From: Candidatus Kaiserbacteria bacterium
Lineage (GTDB): Bacteria; Patescibacteriota; Minisyncoccia; Phycocordibacterales; UBA918
Assembly: GCA_016204695.1 (NCBI GenBank)
Contig: JACQKD010000003.1
Location: forward strand, 1 to 56,071
Direction: 5' to 3'
DNA: 56,071 bases
Below the pieces are notes generated by a model that was not told the DNA's origin, made no database searches, and saw only the letters and a list, made by a program, of their open reading frames with translations. The translations under genes and the position numbers were made by a program. Every line of letters begins with the position of its first letter. The first letter of the stretch is position 1. This document shows, in pieces, positions 8,708 to 16,734 of the stretch.

Positions 8708-10261
8708 ATGACCGACTTGGAGAGCATTTTCACCAATCTCTCGACAGCGGCAACTAAAGAAGACCGCGATCTCATAACGCGCGCCTACGAATGCGCCAAA
8801 ACGGCACACAAGGACCACATGCGCCGTTCCGGAGAGCCGTATCTCACCCACCTTGTCGCCGTCGCCAAAACCCTTGCCGAGATCGGTATGGGACCAAAAA
8901 CCATCGCCGCAGGGCTCCTCCATGACACCATCGAGGACACAGACGTCACACCGGAAGAAATAAAAGAGCAGTTCGGCGACGAAGTGCTCTTTTTGGTAGA
9001 GGGGGTGACAAAGCTCGGTAGCGTGCGCTACCACGGCGTCGACCGCCATAATGAAAGTTTGCGAAAACTTTTTGTCGCAACATCGCAGGAGATCCGCGTC
9101 TTGATGGTCAAGCTCGCCGACCGCCTGCACAACATGCAGACCCTGGAGTATGTGCCGAAAGAGAAGCAGAAACGTATCGCGCAAGAGACACTCGAAATTT
9201 ATGTCCCTGTCGCACATCGGCTGGGCATGGGGCGTTTTCGTAAAGAGCTTGAGGACCTTGCCTTTCCTTATGTGTATCCTGAAGAGTACGCGCATGTAAA
9301 ACAAGTCGCCGGCGGGCATCTCAAGCACGCACTGGAGACGCTTGAAAAATTGCGCAAAACGCTCCAGAAAAAACTCGCGGAGGCGGGCATTAAAGATTTC
9401 AAGACTTCAAGCCGCGTGAAAGGCATGTACAGTCTGTTCCGGAAGCTTGAGCAACGCGACTGGGACATCGACAAGATCTACGACCTCCTCGCAATCCGCG
9501 TCGTCGTCCCCACGGTTGAAGACTGCTATCACATCTTCGGCATTGTGCATGAGCTGTGGCGGCCGCTCCCCCATCGTGTCAAAGACTATATCGCTTTCCC
9601 GGAGCCGAACGGCTATCAATCGCTCCATACGACCGTGATCGCCCAAGACCGCACGATCCTTGAAGTGCAGATCCGCACCGAAGACATGCACAAGAATGCC
9701 GAATTCGGCGTCGCTTCACACCTTGTGTATAAGCAAACGCAAAGCGGCGACAAATCCGCACTCGCCCAGTATCGGGCATGGGCGGGAAGTCTCATCCCCT
9801 CACTTTTTTATTCATCGTTTTGGCGATGGAGTCGAAAACCTGTCTCCGGCTCTGCGGAAAAAAACAAGGAGTCGATACCGCAATGGATACAAGAAATTGC
9901 CGCCGCCCACCAGGAAAGTGCCAACACCGAGCGCTTTGTGACCGACCTGCGGCAAGATTTCTTCAGTCAGCGGATTTTCATATTCACCCCCGAAGGCGAC
10001 GTCGTCGATCTGCCGGTTGGCGCGACACCGATCGACTTCGCATACGCAATACACACCGACATCGGAGATCATATCGCGGGAGCAAAGGTCAATAACAAAT
10101 TAGTGCACATCGACACCGCTTTGAGAAACGGCGACATCGTGGAAATTATTACCCGCCCGTCGAGCAGGCCGACCGCAAAATGGCTCTCATTTACAAAAAC
10201 CGCACTGGCACGGCGAAGAATCCGCATAGCATTAGGCGAAATTGCAGAGAAAAAGGCGTAG
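8708..10261 (+). CDS. relA: Bifunctional (p)ppGpp synthetase/hydrolase, RelA/SpoT family (HD, synthetase and TGS domains)
   Basis: The HD domain shows RRSGEPYLTHLVAVA...LLHDTIEDT. The synthetase region shows DLLAIRVVV...WRPLPHRVKDYIAFPEPNGYQSLHTTV...LEVQIRT. A C-terminal TGS domain is present (IFIFTPEGDVVDLPVGATPIDFAYAIHTDIG). Confidence 0.92.
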   Translation: MTDLESIFTNLSTAATKEDRDLITRAYECAKTAHKDHMRRSGEPYLTHLVAVAKTLAEIGMGPKTIAAGLLHDTIEDTDVTPEEIKEQFGDEVLFLVEGVTKLGSVRYHGVDRHNESLRKLFVATSQEIRVLMVKLADRLHNMQTLEYVPKEKQKRIAQETLEIYVPVAHRLGMGRFRKELEDLAFPYVYPEEYAHVKQVAGGHLKHALETLEKLRKTLQKKLAEAGIKDFKTSSRVKGMYSLFRKLEQRDWDIDKIYDLLAIRVVVPTVEDCYHIFGIVHELWRPLPHRVKDYIAFPEPNGYQSLHTTVIAQDRTILEVQIRTEDMHKNAEFGVASHLVYKQTQSGDKSALAQYRAWAGSLIPSLFYSSFWRWSRKPVSGSAEKNKESIPQWIQEIAAAHQESANTERFVTDLRQDFFSQRIFIFTPEGDVVDLPVGATPIDFAYAIHTDIGDHIAGAKVNNKLVHIDTALRNGDIVEIITRPSSRPTAKWLSFTKTALARRRIRIALGEIAEKKA

Positions 10262-10294
10262 AATCTGGCCGAAAAGGCCATCTGTGTTGTTGCA

Positions 10295-10520
10295 ACGATG
10301 TACACCCGCATTCTCTCGCTCCTTACAGGAGCAGTACACCGTGCGGATATTTTTCTTCCTTACAGGAACTGTCCACTCATTGGATCTTTTGTTTCGACAT
10401 TCGTCTCACAAAAGCTCTCAACGAGTCTTGCGGCAGTATGCCATACTGCCTCACGCTTCGCTCCAAAACTATCTCGCACGGTCTTCCGAAGCTCCACGTA
10501 TTCGCTTCGGAACCTAGCAT
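10295..10520 (-). repeat. Orphan copy of the mosaic structured repeat family (minus sense), with a nested insert
   Basis: The minus strand reads GAAGACCGTGCGAGATAGTTTTGGAGCGAAGCG...AAAAATATCCGCACGGTGTACTGCTCCTGTAAGGAGCGAG. This is collinear with the Leu-UAG module at 27545-27620. It is interrupted by a block (10369-10432) that recurs at 33285-33345. Confidence 0.8.
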
Positions 10521-10542
10521 CCGGAGCTTTTCTGACAGATTC

Positions 10543-11523
10543 TTACAATGAAAAATGAGTGATGGCGTAGAGATCCGCGTCCTCTTCTTGTTCTTCACGC
10601 GACCGATCGTCGACGATCCCTTCCGCTTCCGCCGCAGAAGTGTCCTCTTGCGCCGAGGCTGTTTCCCCTCCGGCATCCTTTTCTTCCGCAAGAATAAGCG
10701 AGAGTATCTTCCGAAGGTCGTCCGGAGTGAAATAGTCGATGACGAGCTTGCCGCCGAAATCCTTGCGCTCGATCTGCACGCGCGTCCCGAGCGACTCGGT
10801 AAGCTGACGCTCCATCTCAATGAGCTCCGGATCAACGCCGTAATCCTTCTTTCGCACGCGATCGACAGCAATCTTGCGCGAGATCCGCTCCACCTCGCGG
10901 ACAGACAATTTTTTCAGAAGTATTTCCTTGAATACCGTCTCCATTTCCTCGTCTCTGCCGGTGAGCATCAACAGCGCTCTGCCGTGACCTTCGGTGATCT
11001 GTCCTCCGCGCACCGAGTCAAGCATATGTTGCGGTAGCCCGAGAAGCCGGACCGAGTTGGATACATATTCGCGGCTACGCCCCACTTTCGCCGCCACTTG
11101 GGTGAACGAGAGGTTGAATTTGTCGGCGAGCTGTCGGAACGCTTCGGCACGATCGACGGGATTGAGATCCTCACGCTGGAGATTTTCGATGATCGCGAGT
11201 TCGAGCTTCATCAGATCGCTCTCTTCACCGGTGCGAATGATGACCGGAAGTTGGGAAAGGCCCGCGAGCTTGGCGGCGCGAAGACGCCGCTCTCCGGCGA
11301 TCAGCTCATATTCCGTACGGAACGTCCCGTCTTCCCGCCCGATTTCTTTGCGCGTCACGGTCACCGGCTGAAGCAGGCCGTACATTCGTATGGACTCGCT
11401 CAACTCTTTCAGCTTTTGTTCGTCAAACTCGCGCCGCGGCTGATACGGATTGGGAACGATCTTTTGAATCTCAACCCAAAAAATAGAATCGCCTTGGTAC
11501 GCCATTGGTGCGTATTGTAGCAT
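10543..11523 (-). CDS. parB: Chromosome partitioning protein ParB/Spo0J
   Basis: IVPNPYQPRREFDEQKLKELSESIRMYGLLQPVTV and ELIAGERRLRAAKLAGL are ParB box motifs, and an HTH follows. No parA gene is adjacent. Confidence 0.9.
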   Translation of the reverse strand: MLQYAPMAYQGDSIFWVEIQKIVPNPYQPRREFDEQKLKELSESIRMYGLLQPVTVTRKEIGREDGTFRTEYELIAGERRLRAAKLAGLSQLPVIIRTGEESDLMKLELAIIENLQREDLNPVDRAEAFRQLADKFNLSFTQVAAKVGRSREYVSNSVRLLGLPQHMLDSVRGGQITEGHGRALLMLTGRDEEMETVFKEILLKKLSVREVERISRKIAVDRVRKKDYGVDPELIEMERQLTESLGTRVQIERKDFGGKLVIDYFTPDDLRKILSLILAEEKDAGGETASAQEDTSAAEAEGIVDDRSREEQEEDADLYAITHFSL

Positions 11524-11568
11524 ATGCCATTTGAGCGCAAAGAAAAATGTTGTACACTCACCGGAGTC

Positions 11569-11650
11569 GCCCGGGTGGCGGAACTGGTATACGCGTACGA
11601 CTCAAAATCGTATGTCGCAAGGCATGTGGGTTCGATTCCCACCCCGGGCA
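11569..11650 (+). tRNA. tRNA-Leu (anticodon CAA), long variable arm, no encoded CCA
   Basis: Hand-folded. Acceptor GCCCGGG/CCCGGGC; anticodon stem TACGA/TCGTA with loop CTCAAAA; variable arm TGTCGCAAGGCAT; T arm GTGGG-TTCGATT-CCCAC. Confidence 0.9.
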
Positions 11651-11879
11651 CAGCAAAAGAGCGGAGTGATTTTGCTGTGCCCGGGAGGAAGCGCGGGGCG
11701 CTTCCGTGTGGGAATCGAAACCCGATTGAGCATTTTCTGTAGCACTTTGTGCGAACAGAAAATCCAATCGGGGTACTGCTCCTGTATACTTCGCTCTCTG
11801 GCACGGCACTCGAAGTTTGTGAAAGCAAAGCTTTCCCAACTTCTCGTTTGTACCAGTAAGGAGCGATCCCACCAGGACA
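11651..11879 (+). repeat. tRNA-Leu(CAA)-anchored pseudo-tRNA module
   Basis: TGTGCCCGGG is the complement of the tRNA 3' end. It is followed by hairpin ggaagcgc-gggg-cgcttcc, GT, GTGGGAATCGAAA, the long hairpin cccgattgag...caatcggg, GTACTG, a CTCCTGTA...TAAGGAG hairpin split by about 70 nt, and CGATCCCACC. Confidence 0.8.
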
Positions 11880-11927
11880 TCAACAAAAAGGGACAGGTGG
11901 ATTCTGTCCTTTTATGTCGCGCAAATA

Positions 11928-12608
11928 CTACAATTTCAACAGTAGCATCTGCGACTCTCCGTCGAGACAGCCGTCCGAATCGAGTCCTTGATTGAGCATT
12001 TGTTGTTCGGAGGCCGCAGGAATAGTGTTTGCGTTGCTGTAGTCACCCTGCACGCCGATATACATGCCCGCAGGCACCGTACATCCATACCGCCCAGCTC
12101 CGGTACCCCAATAGTTGTAATCATATTCACCTCCCCACGGTGTCGCCCCCGGCCATACGGAAAGATAAGGACCCCGCCAGCGCGCCTGCGCCTGCGCGAC
12201 CCAATCAGAAGGACAGTGGGCGCACGCGCCACAACTTCCCGGAGTCAGGTTGCAGTCCACTCCGGCATCAGGATTGTACGGAAGCGCTTTTGCAAGTCCC
12301 GGGTCCCACCCCCGACCGACATCGGGAGGATAAAATCCCATGTCGTCATAATACAGCGCAAGCGCGCGTTCCATCTGCCGCTGTGTCTGTACGCTCGCCG
12401 CAATTCGCCCCTTATCTCGCGCGGAGTTAAGCGACGCCATCACCACCGACGCAAGCAGGCCGATAATCGCAATGACAACAAGGAGCTCAATAAGAGTGAA
12501 ACCGCTTCGCGGTTTCACTCCGGCAGCAGTCGGACAAAATGTATGTGAACACCCACTTTGCTCCTCGTTTGTCGGAGTGAAGCCTCTTTTTGACCGCATT
12601 GCCTGCAT
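11928..12608 (-). CDS. Type IV pilin/pseudopilin-like protein (prepilin N-terminal cleavage/methylation motif)
   Basis: GFTLIELLVVIAIIGLLASVVMASLNSARDKGR is the class III signal and hydrophobic helix. The leader is unusually long if the ATG at 12608 is used, so the start is uncertain. Confidence 0.8.
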   Translation of the reverse strand: MQAMRSKRGFTPTNEEQSGCSHTFCPTAAGVKPRSGFTLIELLVVIAIIGLLASVVMASLNSARDKGRIAASVQTQRQMERALALYYDDMGFYPPDVGRGWDPGLAKALPYNPDAGVDCNLTPGSCGACAHCPSDWVAQAQARWRGPYLSVWPGATPWGGEYDYNYWGTGAGRYGCTVPAGMYIGVQGDYSNANTIPAASEQQMLNQGLDSDGCLDGESQMLLLKL

Positions 12609-12639
12609 TATAACAGGCAGAGCGGTCGATCAACGGCTA

Positions 12640-13251
12640 TTAGAGCTTCCCGACGAGATCAAGCCCCGGCGTGAGTGTCTCTCCGCCTTCCTCCCAGCTC
12701 GCGGGACAGACCGTACCCGGATTGTCGAGCGCGTGTTTTGCCGCTCTGAACTTGCGCAATGTCTCTTTCCCTGATCGGCCGACAGCATCGTCGTTGACCT
12801 CAAGTGTTTTTATCACCCCTTCCGGACTGATGATGAACGTTCCGCGGTGCGTGATACCCTTCTCGGCAATAAGCACTCCGAAGAGATCGGAGAGCTCATG
12901 CGCCGGATCAGCCGCCATCGGGAAGCTGACTTTCTTCACCATTGCTGACGTATCATGCCATGCTTTGTGGACGTGCACCGTATCAGTCGAAACCGACACG
13001 ATTTCCGCGCCATCTTTTTTAAACGTCTCATAGAGATCCGCCATCTCACCGAGCTCCGTCGGACAGACGAAGGTGAAATCGGCCGGATAGAAAAAGAGTA
13101 TGGTCCACCCGCCACGCAGATCCTTGAAACTCATCTGTCTGATCCGATCTTCGTGGTATACCTCAAAACCGATCTCCTCCGGCACAACATCGCCAACAGT
13201 GAGCGGCGACCATATGTCATCGAGTGTATCGTCTGTATGTGTATCCGTCAT
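12640..13251 (-). CDS. Peroxiredoxin (AhpC/TSA, 2-Cys type)
   Basis: FFYPADFTFVCPTELGE is the peroxidatic Cys motif, and a C-terminal VCPASW resolving Cys region is present. Confidence 0.9.
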   Translation of the reverse strand: MTDTHTDDTLDDIWSPLTVGDVVPEEIGFEVYHEDRIRQMSFKDLRGGWTILFFYPADFTFVCPTELGEMADLYETFKKDGAEIVSVSTDTVHVHKAWHDTSAMVKKVSFPMAADPAHELSDLFGVLIAEKGITHRGTFIISPEGVIKTLEVNDDAVGRSGKETLRKFRAAKHALDNPGTVCPASWEEGGETLTPGLDLVGKL

Positions 13252-13265
13252 GCCTCTATGCTACC

Positions 13266-14174
13266 ATGGCCGCACCTATGCGTACAAAGCTCAAGAAAAT
13301 CGTTGCGATCGTCGGCCCGACCGCTTCGGGAAAGACCGCCTTGGCCATCACACTGGCAAAGCAGTTTGATGGAGAAATCGTCTCCGCCGATTCCCGACAG
13401 GTATACCGCGGACTCGATATCGGTACCGAAAAGATCACCATGAGCGCGAGAGACGGCGTGACCCATCACCTCATCGACATCGCCGACCCGCGCGAGGTGT
13501 ATACCGCCGCCGACTTTCTCCGAGACGCGTCTGCGGCAATCGCCGACATCGTCTCGCGCGGCAAGCTCCCCGTCGTCGCCGGAGGCACGTTTTTCTACGT
13601 CGATGTCCTTCTTGGCAACCGCTCCGTCGCGGACGTGCCTGCCGATCCCGTGTTGCGCTCCGAACTTGAAACACTATCCGTCGAAACCTTGTACCAAAAA
13701 CTTCTCGCGCTCGATCCCGAATACGCCGAACACGTTGACCGGCATAATTCGAGACGACTCGTCCGCGCAATCGAAATCGCCGCCGCAAAAGGCCGGATGC
13801 CTGTCGGTACGGTAACCCGAAGATATGACGCATGCGTCATCGGTATCGATATGCCAACCACGATATTGCGCGAGCGCACCGAGAGGCGCCTCGATGCGAC
13901 CCTCGGTGCCGGTCTCGTCGAAGAAACCAAAAAACTGCTCGCCGAGGGCGTGCCCGAAGAGCGGCTCGAAGAGATCGGCCTTGAGTATCGCGTCGTACTC
14001 GCGTATCTTCGCGGCGAATACGCCCGTGAGGAAATGCGTACGGTCCTTGCACAAAAAATTTGGCAATACGCAAAGCGCCAGCTGACCTGGCTGAAGAAAA
14101 TGAAGGGTGTGCAGTGGGTACTTTCTTCAGAGCCAGAACAAGCCTGGGAACTCGTGAAGAATTTTATCTCGTGA
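13266..14174 (+). CDS. miaA: tRNA dimethylallyltransferase
   Basis: The P-loop IVGPTASGKTALAITLA is followed by IVSADSRQVYRGLDIGTEKIT. I chose the ATG at 13266 so the gene does not overlap the divergent peroxiredoxin gene. Confidence 0.9.
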   Translation: MAAPMRTKLKKIVAIVGPTASGKTALAITLAKQFDGEIVSADSRQVYRGLDIGTEKITMSARDGVTHHLIDIADPREVYTAADFLRDASAAIADIVSRGKLPVVAGGTFFYVDVLLGNRSVADVPADPVLRSELETLSVETLYQKLLALDPEYAEHVDRHNSRRLVRAIEIAAAKGRMPVGTVTRRYDACVIGIDMPTTILRERTERRLDATLGAGLVEETKKLLAEGVPEERLEEIGLEYRVVLAYLRGEYAREEMRTVLAQKIWQYAKRQLTWLKKMKGVQWVLSSEPEQAWELVKNFIS

Positions 14175-14192
14175 TAGGATTACCCATGTTTA

Positions 14193-14263
14193 GGGCAATT
14201 AGTTTAGTGGTAGAACGTCGGTCTCCAAAACCGATAACGGGGGTTCGATTCCCTCATTGCCCG
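14193..14263 (+). tRNA. tRNA-Trp (anticodon CCA), no encoded CCA
   Basis: Hand-folded. Acceptor GGGCAAT/ATTGCCC; anticodon stem TCGGT/ACCGA with loop CTCCAAA; T arm GGGGG-TTCGATT-CCCTC. Confidence 0.9.
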
Positions 14264-14267
14264 CAAA

Positions 14268-14309
14268 ATGAAACACCAGACGCTTCTGCGTCTGGTGTTT
14301 CATTTCTTG
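14268..14309 (+). terminator. Rho-independent terminator after tRNA-Trp
   Basis: A 16 bp stem, atgaaacaccagacgc-ttct-gcgtctggtgtttcat, is followed by ttcttg. Confidence 0.7.
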
Positions 14310-14445
14310 CGATGGCGTGGGAAGATCGAAAAGCGGAAAAAACAGTCTGGGGGACTGTTTTCGAGCTGGGGTCGCAAGCATTTAGTTTTTGCGAATACTT
14401 GGAGCAAAAACTAAATGGCTCGTGACCGATTCCCTCATTGCCCGC
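14310..14445 (+). repeat. tRNA-Trp-anchored module (type with GGAAAAAA-hairpin core)
   Basis: It reads GTGGGAAGATCGAAAAGCGGAAAAAACAGTCTGGGGGACTGTTTTCGAG...GGCTCGTGACCGATTCCCTCATTGCCCGC. The last 19 nt (14427-14445) are an exact copy of the tRNA-Trp end at 14246-14264. Confidence 0.8.
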
Positions 14446-14474
14446 CGAGCGTAACAATTTTCCCTCAGGAAAAA

Positions 14475-15032
14475 CTACGGGAGCTTCACGCTACCCGGGC
14501 AAGAACTGAAACCAAGATTCTGTCCTTCATAAAATTGATTTACATACGTTGTTGCGCCAATAGAGTAATTGAGAGTACAGAGCGCCATAGTATCAATACC
14601 TAGCCGTTCCATAAGGAATCGCTCTGCGGCAAGACGATTATTGCGAAGCGGTTCTTCCAGTGTGATGTTGAATAGATCATGCGGTCTGTCGTAATCAATA
14701 CTGAAACCACTTACCTTCGCACCGGAAGGACAGCTACCATCGCCAAGGCAATATCCCAGTGAACCCGCTAAAATATAGTGTGTAGGATTGACAGTATCTT
14801 GAATTGTCTCGCCATTGCTTATGAAATCCTTTACGATGATTTGTGATCCGTTACTTCCCTTGATCTGCATCGACGGAGTGCTCACTGGAGGCAAAACGGG
14901 ACCATCAGGAACAGGTAACGACACCGGTTGGTCAGGTACTTGAGGGTCTTTATCTCCCCAAAAAGTAGTAGCGAGGACAACGATGAGCACCACGAGAATA
15001 ACTATCCCTATTATAATGATTGCCTTTTTCAT
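14475..15032 (-). CDS. Hypothetical membrane-anchored protein
   Basis: The N-terminal TM segment is MKKAIIIIGIVILVVLIVVLATTFW. A Pro-rich linker and a Cys-containing extracellular domain follow. GC is lower than in the neighbours. Confidence 0.6.
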   Translation of the reverse strand: MKKAIIIIGIVILVVLIVVLATTFWGDKDPQVPDQPVSLPVPDGPVLPPVSTPSMQIKGSNGSQIIVKDFISNGETIQDTVNPTHYILAGSLGYCLGDGSCPSGAKVSGFSIDYDRPHDLFNITLEEPLRNNRLAAERFLMERLGIDTMALCTLNYSIGATTYVNQFYEGQNLGFSSCPGSVKLP

Positions 15033-15058
15033 ATCTTAGCGAATATTGTATCACTCTT

Positions 15059-16120
15059 TTATATATTCAATGTCCGAATGCACCGAGCCTGCGCAGAGGA
15101 TCGAGAATCCGCCGTCCACGCACTAAAGGAGCCTTTGTTTTGTTTCAAAAGACATGCAGCTGCGGACGCATTGCAGGTAAAGTTGCTCGCAGCGGCTTCG
15201 CAGGCCCGCCCAAGTTCTTGCCTATCGGGACGCATCGAACCGCCCCGATATGCAGTCGAACAATTTAAATTTCCTGAAATATTATATCCAGCCGCTTGCG
15301 CTGCAGCCGTACAGACCGGAAGATTTAGACTATGACAATCATCAGACAATCCGAGTACAACCTGAAATACACCTCGGGCAGATGTCTCCTTCCCATCGGG
15401 CGTTCGAGGGATGCCCGGGTTGTTTCTACAACGACTTTCCGGGATGGATAAGCATGAAAACGTGCGCGCCTGCGCTTCAGTCAAACTATATCCCCCTTGT
15501 TGTGCCGCCGCCTGGATATTTTGTGGATTGCAGTCCGCCATCTGAAGCGGTGCGTTATTGGGCGCTGATGTCTGACTCACAGGAGTCCCCGTCTGTGAGC
15601 CGGTTCCGGTTGCCGGCGCATCCGACGGCGGTTTGTTCGGCGGCAATTCGACGCATTTGATCTCATTCCAGAATCCAAAGTTATCTTTCATGGCTTTGTA
15701 GAGCTCGCTTCCTTCCCCTTCTTTATTTCCCTGGAACGCCCATTTCATGACCGTATCTATGACGAGCCACCCGGCAAGCGTAATAACGAGGCCGAGAAGT
15801 ACGTTCCAGAACATGCCCTTCGCTTTGGTCACCTGTCCTTCGTTGCCGGCGGCCGTCATCATCAAAAAACCCGCCCATGCGAAGATTGCGACCGCGATAG
15901 ACGAGGCGATAATAACGAGAAAGTTGATAATCCGTTGTCCGAGCTCGACCGCGTGGCAGATCTGACAGACGGGATACGGCATCGTGCCGATCGTCTCCGC
16001 TACGCCACTGCATGGCACCAGAGAACTCTCCGCAAATGAAAAAGCGGGGAGAGCAAAAACGATGCCGATCGCCAGTACTAGAAATGTCCCCCGCATAGAT
16101 ATTGGTATTGCTTCCATCAT
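15059..16120 (-). CDS. Pilin-like two-TM domain (TrbC/VirB2 or T4SS-pilin type) fused to a Cys-rich C-terminal domain with a lytic-transglycosylase-like motif
   Basis: A signal-like MMEAIPISMRGTFLVLAIGIVFALPAFSFA begins the protein. FLVIIASSIAVAIFAWAGFLMMTAAGNEGQVTKAKGMFWNVLLGLVITLAGWLVIDTVM resembles the small pilin-like proteins at 29807-31388. A P/T/S linker follows. The C-terminal IPES...TSARGVFQVVLG recalls the ES...GLMQ motif of SLT domains. Confidence 0.55.
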   Translation of the reverse strand: MMEAIPISMRGTFLVLAIGIVFALPAFSFAESSLVPCSGVAETIGTMPYPVCQICHAVELGQRIINFLVIIASSIAVAIFAWAGFLMMTAAGNEGQVTKAKGMFWNVLLGLVITLAGWLVIDTVMKWAFQGNKEGEGSELYKAMKDNFGFWNEIKCVELPPNKPPSDAPATGTGSQTGTPVSQTSAPNNAPLQMADCNPQNIQAAAQQGGYSLTEAQARTFSCLSIPESRCRNNPGIPRTPDGKETSARGVFQVVLGLSDDCHSLNLPVCTAAAQAAGYNISGNLNCSTAYRGGSMRPDRQELGRACEAAASNFTCNASAAACLLKQNKGSFSAWTADSRSSAQARCIRTLNI

Positions 16121-16246
16121 ACGGATTACTGCCCGCTTGCCAAGCCGGTAATGCACTGTTCGAGTTTTCAACGCAGAGAGACAATGTCTTGCTGTTGATA
16201 AAAACAGGCACACAAAATCGCTCCTCGCACACGAGCCGAGGAGCGA

Positions 16247-16654
16247 TTATTTTCTCTTGAAGATAGCAGGGGTGCATCTGACAATTATAATTGTAGTGAC
16301 TCCCTGCATGATCAAGAGAGCATATGCCGACAACATGCCAAGCCACTCAACGAGAAAAAACAGGCCCAGCATGATGAGAAGCTGATTCGCAAAATGTAGG
16401 ACGAAATGCGCCACTACTTGCCTTCGTATCCTCCCACTGCTCTTAAATGTCCATAAGCGATGGAGTGAAAAGTTTATGATCCAATAGACCATAAAATTCA
16501 CCATCGACGCTGTTTGGTAGTGCATACCAAGGTTGACGAGCACCACGTATACAACATATGCCACGCCCGTGCTCACCCATCCGGCCAGCAACATTCGCGG
16601 CGTGGAAAATCCGAGAACGTTCGGAAGCCGCATCTTCCTGCCCCTCCTAAGCAA
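16247..16654 (-). CDS. GtrA-family membrane protein
   Basis: There are four TM segments, and INFSLHRLWTFKS is the typical GtrA motif. Confidence 0.75.
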   Translation of the reverse strand: MLRRGRKMRLPNVLGFSTPRMLLAGWVSTGVAYVVYVVLVNLGMHYQTASMVNFMVYWIINFSLHRLWTFKSSGRIRRQVVAHFVLHFANQLLIMLGLFFLVEWLGMLSAYALLIMQGVTTIIIVRCTPAIFKRK

Positions 16655-16734
16655 AGAACTTTTTTGCTATGCGTATCCAGCGTGGAAAACGCATCGCTAT
16701 ACAATACACGCAATAGAAATTGTGGGAACTTCCG

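Noticed and set aside
10543-11523. A parS site or a partner parA near parB
   Set aside because: I could not find a TGTTTCACGTGAAACA-like palindrome or a ParA ORF in the window by eye, so I make no claim.
11409-11995. ORFs spanning tRNA-Leu(CAA) and its module (11409-11828, 11524-11742, 11531-11995, 11558-11872, 11602-11886)
   Set aside because: They run through a tRNA gene and hairpin repeats, and they are mutually overlapping in several frames, which is typical of non-coding GC-rich sequence.
15723-16346. 207 aa minus-strand ORF overlapping the pilin-like fusion gene and the GtrA gene boundary
   Set aside because: It is an out-of-frame overlap with two better-supported genes and has no recognisable motifs.
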